This document shows positions 25,710-34,714 of a stretch of 39,665 nucleotides of DNA, in pieces. A program made the translations under genes and the position numbers. The stretch's first letter is position 1, and every line of letters begins with the position of its first letter. The notes beneath the pieces are model-generated. The model was not told where the DNA came from and did no database searches. It saw only the letters and a program-made list of their open reading frames with translations. This DNA comes from a virus. Location of the stretch: IMG/VR virus record IMGVR_UViG_3300033174_000009. One strand, given 5' to 3'.

Positions 25710-25940
25710 TTAGTAGATTATTATTTCAAACGTTCTTTTAAATAACCTGAATAAGTACCATTTTGAGCCTTTACGGGGTTTTTGGGTTATGTCGGCAAAA
25801 TCAAAAAGAATAGTGCCTTTCTTTACTTCAAGACTACATCCGTTAACATTATCTCTAAACCAATAAGATAATGCAACGTGTTCGGTTTTTGTTTCAGCTG
25901 TGATCATAATTTGGTCGTCGCTAATAAATTCTACTTTCAT
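25710..25940 (-). CDS. Hypothetical protein
   Basis: 76-aa ORF coupled to the upstream gene. Confidence 0.6.
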   Translation of the reverse strand: MKVEFISDDQIMITAETKTEHVALSYWFRDNVNGCSLEVKKGTILFDFADITQKPRKGSKWYLFRLFKRTFEIIIY

Positions 25941-26329
25941 TCTTCTTTCTGTTTTTCAGTAATTATTAATTCCTCTCCTGTTAATGCGAAATAAAGGTTT
26001 TGAAGTTGATGGACGGATTTAAGGCTTACTCCTGTTTTATCGCACGTAAACACACCACTTGTAAATTCAGAAATACGATGATACTTACCCTGCCAATCAT
26101 TACTGAACTTCTCCTTATAATACCCGAATCTTAGCAGCCATCCTTCTGTCAGTGAAATAGATTTTAAGTCCTGAAGATACCAAGTTAACGGATGTGCTTT
26201 CTTGTCATAAATCATCCCAAATTTACCAATGCCGGTAGAAACGAAATCAAATAAGTCAATTCTGAAAGGACATTGATCCTCTCTGGGTACATTAACCAAA
26301 TTACCAATTCTTAATTCATTTGCTTTCAT
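25937..26329 (-). CDS. Hypothetical protein
   Basis: 130-aa ORF with ATGA overlaps. Confidence 0.7.
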   Translation of the reverse strand: MKANELRIGNLVNVPREDQCPFRIDLFDFVSTGIGKFGMIYDKKAHPLTWYLQDLKSISLTEGWLLRFGYYKEKFSNDWQGKYHRISEFTSGVFTCDKTGVSLKSVHQLQNLYFALTGEELIITEKQKEE

Positions 26330-26544
26330 TTCTCCTCCTCTTTTATAAAATATTCCGTCACGTGCTTCTTCTTACCGGCACTCATGATCTGCCGTGTGTG
26401 AGCCTCGATAGCCATGCCTTCAGAGCGAAGGTCGTAGATGCGAGCAGACAGCCTGAAGCATCCGAACTGGTAAAGAGCGTCCAAAGGAGTGAGTTTTCTG
26501 CCTGACCTGAGGTACTCAGCGATTTGTTTGTTCTGTGATTTCAT
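26326..26544 (-). CDS. Winged helix-turn-helix DNA-binding protein
   Basis: IAEYLRSGRKLTPLDALYQFGCFRLSARIYDLRSEGMAI matches the common small phage wHTH family (LT.L.A...FG...L..RI.DLR..G..I). Confidence 0.6.
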   Translation of the reverse strand: MKSQNKQIAEYLRSGRKLTPLDALYQFGCFRLSARIYDLRSEGMAIEAHTRQIMSAGKKKHVTEYFIKEEEK

Positions 26545-26894
26545 AATTGGTAGGTGTTAATATCAATGATCCTTTCCGGTTTGCCAGTCTGACACATTAT
26601 CCATTCTGCTGATATTTCATGCAGAAGCAATTCTTGGTCATTACGATAGCACCAGTATTGCATCCATGCGAGTTTCCGCCCGTCGATCTCGTGTTTATGA
26701 ACAATCTCATAAAACGACTGAATAATATCATTTCGGCAAGCAACTATATCCGGCACAAACAGAATAACACCATCACAGAAGAACTTTTCTTCACGCCTGA
26801 TAGTGTACTCATCGGTCAGCCATTCGGACAAAACTTGTTTTGCCAGGTAGTGTTTATATGACTCTATCACTTTAAAAGTTCGGTTCTTTATCAT
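26541..26894 (-). CDS. Putative PD-(D/E)XK-like nuclease (CoiA-like core). The track start is 26918; the likely start is the ATG at 26894.
   Basis: SYKHYLAKQVLSEWL...FVPDIVAC...FYEIVHKHEI. Weak call. Confidence 0.35.
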   Translation of the reverse strand: MIKNRTFKVIESYKHYLAKQVLSEWLTDEYTIRREEKFFCDGVILFVPDIVACRNDIIQSFYEIVHKHEIDGRKLAWMQYWCYRNDQELLLHEISAEWIMCQTGKPERIIDINTYQL

Positions 26895-28587
26895 CTTTCT
26901 CCCACATTTCAAGTTCATAATTACTGCTTTCGGTCAGCCAGTTACTCTGATCCCGGCCAGACTGGTTAAAACGGCCAGAAATATAATCGTAGTTCAGATT
27001 TATAATTCCCTGCTTGCCAAGATGCTTGTATTTGATCTTCTGAAAGTACACCTCAATCTCGTTTATCATCACTCCATTTTCATCTGACTTTCGATGAACG
27101 GTTATCCCGTAGTCAGTTTTATTATAGAAATTCGCACTTCCAGAGATGTCATAAAGCGAAGGTACATCAATCTTCCCATTGGTCTTATTCATCTTGCGTG
27201 GATGAGCAACCAGGAAAAGAAGTACGTCGTTGATCTTTGCGAACTGGATAAGCTGATCCAGGAACCGGCTGATATATTGCGTTTCTGAATCTGTGTATTT
27301 GTGTTCAAGTTTATTGTAAGGATCAACAACAACTATCTTTATGCCACGTGTGCGGACAAGAATCTTTGCACTGTCAAGAATACTCTTAACCGTGAAGTCA
27401 TCTTCATTCAGAATGTAATAGAAGTTACTGCGGATATAATCATAACAGGTATCCCATTCAAGTTCTGAAATATTACCCTTATTGAATTTTTTGCCTATCA
27501 GCTTTTCAAATAGCTTTGCATAATGAAACTTCAATGGATAATTCTCAGGTGTGAAAAATGCAGCTTTCCATCCGTGTTTAATATTCAGCTTGCACACAAT
27601 ATAATCAACAAACTCACTTTTCCCTGAAGAAGGCACTCCGGTAACAATGGCCAGACGGCCTGATTCCCACGTGATATATTCGTCAATAACACTCTGGTCA
27701 ACCTTTAATCCTGACTGCACTCCCTGTTCAAACAAATTGCGAATATCAGCATACATAGACCTCACTTCGATGATTCCTTTTACCGGGACGGGAACAGCCT
27801 GGTCAATTACATCATGTATTGCATCACCATACTTCAACAGGTATTCATTTGCATCTTTACAATCTTTGAACGATACGACCCAACAGCGTTCAGCCCCGAA
27901 TCTGCGGATAAGTTCTGTTTTAAGTTCAATGCCTTTCGTGTCCTGATCCGTTGCAATATATATCTTCTCAATATCTGCAAACATCTCAATACAGGAGTCC
28001 AGATATTCAAGGTTCTTATTCGCTCCATTAGGTACTGAGATTGTATTATTAAACCCGGACTGAATGAGTACCAGTGCATCAATTTCGCCCTCAGTAATTA
28101 TAATATCTCTATGGTCAGACAGGCAGTCAATATTCCAGAAGATCAGTTCTGCACCTGATACCATCTTGAATGATTTACCCGGTCCCCGGTATTTTATGTT
28201 TATCAGCTTGCCACCAAAGAAGTAAGGAAAACATATAACTTCAACAGGCTTCTTGAACTGAGGCATAAATTCTTTATCTGAATAAACTGACATCTTATTA
28301 AGAACTGATTGCCCTATCATGCGTGACTCGAAATACTTAACTGCCTTATCCGTGAGATCAGTTTTATTTTTCCATTCCGGTACGTTGTATTCTTTCGCTT
28401 CATGCGGACGGTACTCAAAAAATGCAGTCATGCAGTTATGGCAATAGCCCCGATTGTTACGCTTATCCCACGCAAGACATTTATCCGTTTTTTTCTTACG
28501 GGTATGTGAACATTCAGGACAAAGAGTACGCTCCCCTTCCGGCTGGTAGTTGTAAATCTGTTTTGTATTTGAGGACTGGATCTTCAT
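26872..28587 (-). CDS. Bifunctional DNA primase-helicase (zinc finger, TOPRIM, and a RecA-like/DnaB-type helicase)
   Basis: Zinc finger CPECSH...CHNC. TOPRIM IIITEGEIDALVL. Walker A IVTGVPSSGKSEFV. Walker B IKIVVVDPYNKL. Then LFLVAHPRK. Confidence 0.9.
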   Translation of the reverse strand: MKIQSSNTKQIYNYQPEGERTLCPECSHTRKKKTDKCLAWDKRNNRGYCHNCMTAFFEYRPHEAKEYNVPEWKNKTDLTDKAVKYFESRMIGQSVLNKMSVYSDKEFMPQFKKPVEVICFPYFFGGKLINIKYRGPGKSFKMVSGAELIFWNIDCLSDHRDIIITEGEIDALVLIQSGFNNTISVPNGANKNLEYLDSCIEMFADIEKIYIATDQDTKGIELKTELIRRFGAERCWVVSFKDCKDANEYLLKYGDAIHDVIDQAVPVPVKGIIEVRSMYADIRNLFEQGVQSGLKVDQSVIDEYITWESGRLAIVTGVPSSGKSEFVDYIVCKLNIKHGWKAAFFTPENYPLKFHYAKLFEKLIGKKFNKGNISELEWDTCYDYIRSNFYYILNEDDFTVKSILDSAKILVRTRGIKIVVVDPYNKLEHKYTDSETQYISRFLDQLIQFAKINDVLLFLVAHPRKMNKTNGKIDVPSLYDISGSANFYNKTDYGITVHRKSDENGVMINEIEVYFQKIKYKHLGKQGIINLNYDYISGRFNQSGRDQSNWLTESSNYELEMWEKDDKEPNF

Positions 28588-29168
28588 GGCATGACTGGTT
28601 TTTTTTCATATCTGCCTGACTGTTTTGCTCTGTCAATGACCCAGTTCAGTATTGCCCTGTAATCATTTTTATATTTCTTACCGTTTGCTCCTTTGTAATT
28701 ATCAAGAATCTCTATGAGGATACGGGTATTTTTATCTCCATGTAACTCTATAAGTTTTTTATATTCATCTTCGGTCATCGAAACAAAGTCAGCGTATTTA
28801 GTCTTATCTTTATATCTTTTCTTATCACTATCTATATCACTATCTATATCATTATCTATATCACTATCGGTATGTTTCGTATCGGGACGTATATGGTCGT
28901 ATACGGTCGTATCTTTTTTATTCCAACGAATAGCGACGTTTTCTCTATTCTGTTCGCATATTGATTCATAGGCTTTTAGGTCTCTTTTCAAGGTCTGCTT
29001 TATTGGCTCGAATAATAATTTAATAAGCCTATCGGGTGCCTCAGGGTTCTGGTCATTAATGTAACGGAAGAAGTGTTTTATTAATTTACCTGCTTCCTCG
29101 TCTGTGAGAGCGTCAAAGGTGCTGATCCAGTCCCGGTAAACTATTATTCTATTTTTATTTTCAGCCAT
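28584..29168 (-). CDS. Replication-associated protein (replisome-organiser-like) with a repeat-encoded acidic linker. The track start at 29174 is GTG; the ATG is at 29168.
   Basis: It sits directly upstream of, and overlaps, the primase-helicase. It has two domains split by DTTVYDHIRPDTKHTDSDIDNDIDSDIDSDKK. The C-terminal TEDEYKKLIELHG...ILDNYKGANGKKYKNDYRAILNW is common in phage replication modules. Confidence 0.55.
   Translation of the reverse strand: MAENKNRIIVYRDWISTFDALTDEEAGKLIKHFFRYINDQNPEAPDRLIKLLFEPIKQTLKRDLKAYESICEQNRENVAIRWNKKDTTVYDHIRPDTKHTDSDIDNDIDSDIDSDKKRYKDKTKYADFVSMTEDEYKKLIELHGDKNTRILIEILDNYKGANGKKYKNDYRAILNWVIDRAKQSGRYEKKPVMP
28824..28871. repeat. 12-bp tandem repeat, 4 copies (atcactatctat)
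   Basis: Units at 28824, 28836 (identical), 28848 (1 mismatch) and 28860 (3 mismatches). Confidence 0.9.
28877..28912. repeat. Four CGTAT-core repeats at exact 10-bp spacing (iteron-like)
   Basis: tcgtatcggg / acgtatatgg / tcgtatacgg / tcgtatc, with the C at 28878, 28888, 28898 and 28908. Confidence 0.85.
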
Positions 29169-29297
29169 AATCACACAAAGATAAAGCCCCAGCCCCAGGG
29201 TGTGATTAACTTGACTCAGAGAGCGAAGTTCCTGGGGAGGAGCCTATGTTATTGGTATTTTAACTGTCTTTTCATCTGAATCAAATTAACCACACTC

Positions 29298-29305
29298 CAA
29301 ATATA
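29298..29305 (-). promoter_or_regulatory. Candidate Bacteroidota-type -7 promoter element TATATTTG (matches TAnnTTTG) upstream of the replication module
   Basis: The plus strand reads caaatata. It lies in the only sizeable intergenic gap of the leftward arm, about 130 nt upstream of the ATG at 29168. Confidence 0.3.
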
Positions 29306-29339
29306 TACAATATTCTGAATAAACAATAGTCATTTAAAA

Positions 29340-29552
29340 CTATTTTCGTATCCTGTTAAAAATTCTCCTTACAATATAACCACGTCCGATACTGGCGAGT
29401 GTAAATACAAAAGTTATTACAATGTTCTGCTCAATCCTTACAGGAATATTAAGAGCCGGGTAAATTAATAACTGAATGCCAAAACTGACAAACAGTCCAG
29501 TTGTAGTATTGGTCATCGCCTCGATCAGTGAGTATTTTTTAGCTTGCATCAA
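29340..29552 (-). CDS. Small two-TM membrane protein
   Basis: 70 aa. TM segments TTGLFVSFGIQLLIYPAL and IVITFVFTLASIG. Overlaps the end of the methyltransferase gene. Confidence 0.6.
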   Translation of the reverse strand: MMQAKKYSLIEAMTNTTTGLFVSFGIQLLIYPALNIPVRIEQNIVITFVFTLASIGRGYIVRRIFNRIRK

Positions 29553-30534
29553 ATATTGTTTTCTGAGTTGTATGCAAAAACCTGCTGCCAGCCTCTTTAA
29601 GATTAAGAATAGACTGTTTGTAATAACTGTCTTTTAACTCAACTCCTATCCCTTTGCGTCCCTGGCTAACAGAAGAATAAACCTCTGAACCGACTCCCAT
29701 AAATGGAGTAAATACAACTTCTCCCGGATTAGAATACAAGTAAACAATCCGGTCAATGACATCCAGTTGCAACGGATGTACGTGCTTCTCGTCATCTTCT
29801 TCTCTACTGTCTTTGAACGGGAGTACATTATCAATTCTGACATCATCCCACACACTTGAAGCGTATCTTTGCCACGTCAAATGACTAAGTTTATTTTCTC
29901 TCTGGTCCCCGGAAAACCCGATCCATTTTTTACGGAAGTTTTCATAATTACCATAGGTTTCTTTATGAGCTTCCAGAAACGGGACCTCTCCGAAATAAGG
30001 ATAATCTAAAAGTCCGTTTAGGTGAGTTACCGGGACCTGGTTCTCTCCTTTCCTTTTAAATATCAATACATAATCAGGCATTGCAGGAAAACATTTAGTC
30101 GAGTCCTCAACTATAAATTTATGCATCAGGCTTTGAACCATTGTTCTCATTCGTACCTTTAATGGTTCCTTCCATATAGTAATACGGTTATAATATTCAA
30201 AACCATATTTTTCATGTATTTTTATTACCTCTCCGGGGAAGTCCCATAACCGCCCGGTATTAGTGTGAACGTCCGTAACATGAACCGCATTGATCCGCCC
30301 CGGTTTTGTTATACGTGCCATTTGTTGTATCAGAAAAGAGTACATTTCTAAAAATTGTTCTTTCGATTCACAGTTTGAAAAGTCCCTTTCAGAACTGGAA
30401 TAATTATAAAGCCCTGCAAAAGGGGGAGAATAAACCGATAGATCAATAGAATCATCCGGCATTTCTTTTATTATCTCCATGCAATCAGAATTATAAATTG
30501 CATAGGTTTCTGTTATCAGTTGCTCTTTTGTCAT
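29539..30534 (-). CDS. DNA methyltransferase (N6-adenine or N4-cytosine, beta class). No restriction partner, so it is an orphan.
   Basis: Catalytic motif IV DLSVYSPPF is near the N-terminus. AdoMet motif I VVFTPFMGVGSEV is near the C-terminus. Confidence 0.85.
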   Translation of the reverse strand: MTKEQLITETYAIYNSDCMEIIKEMPDDSIDLSVYSPPFAGLYNYSSSERDFSNCESKEQFLEMYSFLIQQMARITKPGRINAVHVTDVHTNTGRLWDFPGEVIKIHEKYGFEYYNRITIWKEPLKVRMRTMVQSLMHKFIVEDSTKCFPAMPDYVLIFKRKGENQVPVTHLNGLLDYPYFGEVPFLEAHKETYGNYENFRKKWIGFSGDQRENKLSHLTWQRYASSVWDDVRIDNVLPFKDSREEDDEKHVHPLQLDVIDRIVYLYSNPGEVVFTPFMGVGSEVYSSVSQGRKGIGVELKDSYYKQSILNLKEAGSRFLHTTQKTIFDAS

Positions 30535-31913
30535 AAGAATTTAGGTAAGGTTATTGGTTTATTGAACTCTTTTTGTTTTATGATATAATCTGCGTTTGTG
30601 TGTTCGGTCAGCTTCTCAAACATCTTTATTGCCTTATCTCTTTTAATTAAGAGACTTTGCATTATTCTCTCCTGACCATCTGACAAAATCAGATCCACAA
30701 AAACATCTCTTTTTTGTCCGAACCGCCAGAACCTTCTTATTGCCTGATAGTATTGTTCATAACTGTATGTAGGGAAATAAGTAGTATGGTTGCAATGCTG
30801 CCAGTTTAATCCGAAGGCCGTTATGCTTGTTTTAGTTACAAGTTTTTTAATTTGTCCTGATGCGAAATTTAAAAGGATATCTTCTTTCTTATCAATATCC
30901 ATATTGCCCCGGACCTCGACAGCCGATTTATCCAGGTCAAGCAACATATCAGCCTCATCATTTAGATTACACCAATAAACAGACGTTTCGTGCCGTCCGG
31001 CTTTCTCTACTGCAATTTCACATCTTTGCTTAACGGTTGCCTTCGCTTCCTGTTTGATCTCTTTAAAACCAACGGCAGCCATCGAAAACAACCGGGCCTG
31101 ACCGTTTATTGTTAAAGGATTTTCATTTCTTATTATGGTTTCAATCTCATGCAATTCTGGGAGTATAAACCTGTCATCATCAAACCCGATATCACTCGGT
31201 TTTTTAGCGGAAATAGACCAACTCGCAACCCATTGCCAGAAGTTATCTTCTGCATGAGGTTTTAAATACCATTCCTCTCCCTGTCTGGCTCTGTAAATCT
31301 GACTCAGTTTAGCGACTTTGTTTTGATTGTTCTTAAAGAACCTGGAGAGCATATCCATATAACCTAAATAACCTAAAGCCTCAGAGCTGGTTCCAAGTTC
31401 AATATAATCATTCGGAGAGGGTGTTGCGGTTGCTAAAAAACGGTATTTGACTTTCTTTAAAAATGTTGTCACTTGCTGTTTTGTTGCACCGTCAAAGTTT
31501 TTCAGAATCGAACTTTCATCCAGTATTACACAATCAAAATCATCTGACGAAACATAATGAAGCCTTTCGTAATTAATCAGGACGATCTTCTTTGTGTATT
31601 TGCCGTTCTTTGTGTGTTCCACGTCCGGGATGCCAAACTTGTCAGCTTCGGTTAAGAATTGATTTGCGACGGCCAAAGGTGTAATTATCAATACTGGCTT
31701 ATTTGTCTTTTGAATATAATTACAAGCTATCGTTAATTCAATCAATGTCTTCCCAAGTCCGGTATCCAGGAATATAGCACATCTGCCCTTTTTAACTGCA
31801 TAGTTGACAATGTGCTGTTGAAAATCAAAAAGATAAGGATTGAAATATTCCGGCTCAAATCCAAAGTTAATAGTAGAATGTTTTTTACTCTCTAAAAATT
31901 CTTTATAATTCAT
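30531..31913 (-). CDS. SNF2/DEAD-like superfamily 2 helicase
   Basis: Motif I FLDTGLGKTL, motif II CVILDESSILKN, motif III LATATPSPND, and a C-terminal helicase lobe with GLNWQ and RFWRFGQKR. Confidence 0.85.
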   Translation of the reverse strand: MNYKEFLESKKHSTINFGFEPEYFNPYLFDFQQHIVNYAVKKGRCAIFLDTGLGKTLIELTIACNYIQKTNKPVLIITPLAVANQFLTEADKFGIPDVEHTKNGKYTKKIVLINYERLHYVSSDDFDCVILDESSILKNFDGATKQQVTTFLKKVKYRFLATATPSPNDYIELGTSSEALGYLGYMDMLSRFFKNNQNKVAKLSQIYRARQGEEWYLKPHAEDNFWQWVASWSISAKKPSDIGFDDDRFILPELHEIETIIRNENPLTINGQARLFSMAAVGFKEIKQEAKATVKQRCEIAVEKAGRHETSVYWCNLNDEADMLLDLDKSAVEVRGNMDIDKKEDILLNFASGQIKKLVTKTSITAFGLNWQHCNHTTYFPTYSYEQYYQAIRRFWRFGQKRDVFVDLILSDGQERIMQSLLIKRDKAIKMFEKLTEHTNADYIIKQKEFNKPITLPKFL

Positions 31914-32197
31914 TTCACAAATATTTTCCTGTTTCCGAGTAAAAAATTATTATGTATGTATTCAAGTTCGCCCTTGCTCAGTTTTTCATTGTGTGCTTTC
32001 GTGTGGCATTTTACGCATAGGCAAATACAGTTCTTTACATCATCAGTGCCTCCATGTGAGCGGAAGATTATATGATGAATTTCCAGTCCGTTATTGATAT
32101 GAAACTGTCTTGTGCAGGCTTCACACATCCATACGTCTTGTTCACCAATATCAAAGTGCTTCAGGTAGTTCTGTATGTGCTTCTGCATCATCTTCAA
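31910..32197 (-). CDS. HNH endonuclease. The track start is TTG at 32197; ATG alternatives are at 32191 and 32128.
   Basis: CEAC...EIHHIIFRSHGGTDDVKNCICLCVKCHTKAH. Confidence 0.85.
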   Translation of the reverse strand: MKMMQKHIQNYLKHFDIGEQDVWMCEACTRQFHINNGLEIHHIIFRSHGGTDDVKNCICLCVKCHTKAHNEKLSKGELEYIHNNFLLGNRKIFVK

Positions 32198-32318
32198 TCA
32201 TATCAGGGAAATCTGACCAGTCAATATATCTCCGGCAGGAAGGGCAGCCACAGTCGCAACAGCTTTCGGCTTCATCTTCGGGCATCTCGTATCCGCAATG
32301 GGGGCAGGTGTATTTCAT
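32151..32318 (-). CDS. 55-aa acidic zinc-ribbon protein (not in the ORF track)
   Basis: MKYTCPHCGYEMPEDEAESCCDCGCPSCRRYIDWSDFPDMIEDDAEAHTELPEAL. ATGA overlap with the stop of ORF 32315..32677. It overlaps the 5' end of the HNH ORF unless HNH starts at 32128. Confidence 0.4.
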   Translation of the reverse strand: MKYTCPHCGYEMPEDEAESCCDCGCPSCRRYIDWSDFPDMIEDDAEAHTELPEAL

Positions 32319-32677
32319 AATAATTTACCTTTAATGAAGTTTATAAAACCTTCCATCTTGAAATTATAGAATAACTGGAAGTCCTCATATCCCTCCGGTT
32401 CCTGTTGCCATAACCTGTAAAGAGTATTCCTTACTCTTTGAGCTGGTGTTTTGCCAGTATCTTCATATTCAGCTTTTAGATTTCCGATTACTTCAATCTG
32501 TTCTTTAAGAAAAGGATCGGGTTTAATTGCCAGATACACATACTGACCTACACATATCTGAAGCTCGCCCGCCTGTTTTGGAGTGATTTCATTAGTCTGA
32601 AAAGACAGTTTTTTAGTACGGTCTTTTAAATCCCTGCTACCATCATAGATAGCAGGGATAAGGATTACATCTTTCAT
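32315..32677 (-). CDS. Hypothetical protein
   Basis: 120-aa ORF coupled to recT. Confidence 0.7.
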   Translation of the reverse strand: MKDVILIPAIYDGSRDLKDRTKKLSFQTNEITPKQAGELQICVGQYVYLAIKPDPFLKEQIEVIGNLKAEYEDTGKTPAQRVRNTLYRLWQQEPEGYEDFQLFYNFKMEGFINFIKGKLL

Positions 32678-33516
32678 TTCTGTTCAAAGATTTCCGGTTC
32701 CTGTTTTTTCTCCTTTTCCTTTTCAACAGGCGGATCGTTTACAATACGTGCCTCCTGTATATCTTCAAACATACCAGCGTATTTATCTTCTTTTGTCTCT
32801 GACAGATCACCAACCTCGTTATCATACTCATGACTGATAGCAGCAATAAGTTGATCGGAAAAGTTTGTTTTTGGCAGAAGTTTGAACAGCCTTTTCAGTA
32901 CAGTTTTCTTCCACATTTCATCTTCCCATGTTTCCCAGGGTGAGAATTTTCGTCCTTCTTCATTCTTATAACTTTCAGAAGTTGCCCGTACCTTTTCAAT
33001 CTCGTCTCTTCCGAGAATCTCAAACTGAAAGCCACCATCCCGAAGAAAGGCAATAGCATAAGCCCCGATTTTTTCACCTCTGTTTGATAAGGCAGGTTGA
33101 TGCTTAAAATACGGATCACTTCCACGGCGAAAGTCGTACTTATCGTTTGAATAGATAACCCCGGCATCCACGTTTTTAACGGCTCCGGCATCTGTGAGAA
33201 TCTTGATCATTCCCATATAGGAAATGTCAAGAATACATTTAAGATCACCTTTGACTTTTCGTGGAACCAGGTAAGCGAATTTTAAAGCAGGGTTCAAGGT
33301 GATCCCTGTTAGTGCTACATTTACTACAGAATCCTTTACCGAGTTGGGATCACATTTCATTAAATAAGGATTGTTTGAAAGGATCTGAATAGCAAAACCG
33401 GCTTCACGATTGAAGTTCATTTTGTACTCGTTTGATGCCTCAAATTGCTTCTGTGCAGTGAAAACAAGAATTTTGCTCTCTTTCTCTCTAACTGCTAATT
33501 GCGAGTTGTTTTCCAT
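32674..33516 (-). CDS. recT: RecT-family single-strand annealing protein. The likely start is the ATG at 33516 (MENNSQLAV); the track start is 33573.
   Basis: NPYLMKCDPNSVKDSVVNVALTGITLNPALKFAYLVPRK...ISYMGMIKIL, followed by an acidic C-terminal tail. Confidence 0.8.
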   Translation of the reverse strand: MENNSQLAVREKESKILVFTAQKQFEASNEYKMNFNREAGFAIQILSNNPYLMKCDPNSVKDSVVNVALTGITLNPALKFAYLVPRKVKGDLKCILDISYMGMIKILTDAGAVKNVDAGVIYSNDKYDFRRGSDPYFKHQPALSNRGEKIGAYAIAFLRDGGFQFEILGRDEIEKVRATSESYKNEEGRKFSPWETWEDEMWKKTVLKRLFKLLPKTNFSDQLIAAISHEYDNEVGDLSETKEDKYAGMFEDIQEARIVNDPPVEKEKEKKQEPEIFEQK

Positions 33517-34447
33517 TTTTTTGATTGTTTGGTGAATAATTATGATCGTAATAATCAAGTGATTTAATTGCATAAGGCGGGAGTTTCAATTCAAGTATTC
33601 CGTATTTATTCTGGCAGAATACCTGGTAACCCGGCCATCTGTTATTGTCGAGACAGGACTTGTAAAGCTGAAGCAGCATCTCATATTCATAACGACCTTG
33701 TGCCATAAATTGCGGGGACGCTTCAAAAATATTGAAAGCAAAGGGAGAGACTTTTTCCTGTGCTATAAACATAAAAGTAAAGTCCCGATCTTGTCCCTCG
33801 ATTTTTGTCATCAGATCAGCATAAAAAGCAGCCTGAATATGATAGTCGTGATCAGCAGCCGAACGGGTAAATCCTTCGATTGAAGCATCGGTAGCCGTTT
33901 TAAGATCAACGACCAAGTGTTTGGTATCTTTGATGTAATCAGGCTTAAACTTGACGTTAATAGTCCCTATTTCTGTTTCTACTGATCCCATATAAGAGAC
34001 TTCCGGTCGGCCATTTGTAAGAAGCATCTTTGCGTAAGGGTGTCGGAATAGACGTTCTTTCATCTTTTCAATACGCTCAAAAACTTCTTTTTTGATAACT
34101 TTCTTTTCTCCGATTATTCGCATTTCAGATTCTTCCCATTCCTTGTATGCTTTTGTTGATCGGGGTGATTTATATCCCTCTCCGATTAATACCTGGCAGA
34201 TCGATGTATCATCGAAAACATAATAATCCCTCTCAAATCGTTCGGGTTCCAGTATGTAACAATGATAGGCAGAGCCAAAGATCAGTGCATCAGTTTCGGG
34301 TTTTTCTTCAGGTTCTTTGTAGTGAGCCGGTGAAACTTTTATCAGCGAAAGGGCAGATTTTGAAACGTAATCCTTATTCGTGTGATATTCATCTTCTGTC
34401 CCCGTAAAAACCTGAAAGTTTACCGATTTAATGAATGTGCTTTCCAT
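33488..34447 (-). CDS. PD-(D/E)XK exonuclease (recombination partner of RecT)
   Basis: YVSKSALSLIKVSPAHYK...FGSAYHCYILEPERF...KPDYIKD...LVVDLKT (D...D-x-K catalytic core) ...QAAFY. Confidence 0.75.
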   Translation of the reverse strand: MESTFIKSVNFQVFTGTEDEYHTNKDYVSKSALSLIKVSPAHYKEPEEKPETDALIFGSAYHCYILEPERFERDYYVFDDTSICQVLIGEGYKSPRSTKAYKEWEESEMRIIGEKKVIKKEVFERIEKMKERLFRHPYAKMLLTNGRPEVSYMGSVETEIGTINVKFKPDYIKDTKHLVVDLKTATDASIEGFTRSAADHDYHIQAAFYADLMTKIEGQDRDFTFMFIAQEKVSPFAFNIFEASPQFMAQGRYEYEMLLQLYKSCLDNNRWPGYQVFCQNKYGILELKLPPYAIKSLDYYDHNYSPNNQKNGKQLAISS

Positions 34448-34462
34448 AATTATTGATTATAT

Positions 34463-34714
34463 TTATACATAACTTGTTATTTGACGTTTATTGATAAGTG
34501 AATTAAATTCTGTCTGTGATAGAGAACTTGTAAACTCCCACAGATCATTAAGGGAGTCCATAAGTGTTTCCGATGCGAATAATGTTATTAATGGTGATTC
34601 GAGCCGGACATAATACTGATCTGGCCAAGCGCAATGAGAGATAATAAACGTGTTGCGTAAATGAGGAACCCACGCTTTCCGTGTCCTGTTTTTCTTACTG
34701 GTTATCCTTATCAT
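34463..34714 (-). CDS. Hypothetical protein
   Basis: 83-aa ORF. Confidence 0.6.
   Translation of the reverse strand: MIRITSKKNRTRKAWVPHLRNTFIISHCAWPDQYYVRLESPLITLFASETLMDSLNDLWEFTSSLSQTEFNSLINKRQITSYV

Noticed and set aside
24093-28912. Possible CRISPR array, suggested by the tandem repeats at 24093-24188 and 28824-28912
   Set aside because: The repeats are directly adjacent (18, 12 and 10 bp) with no unique spacers, they lie in frame inside genes, and there are no cas genes.
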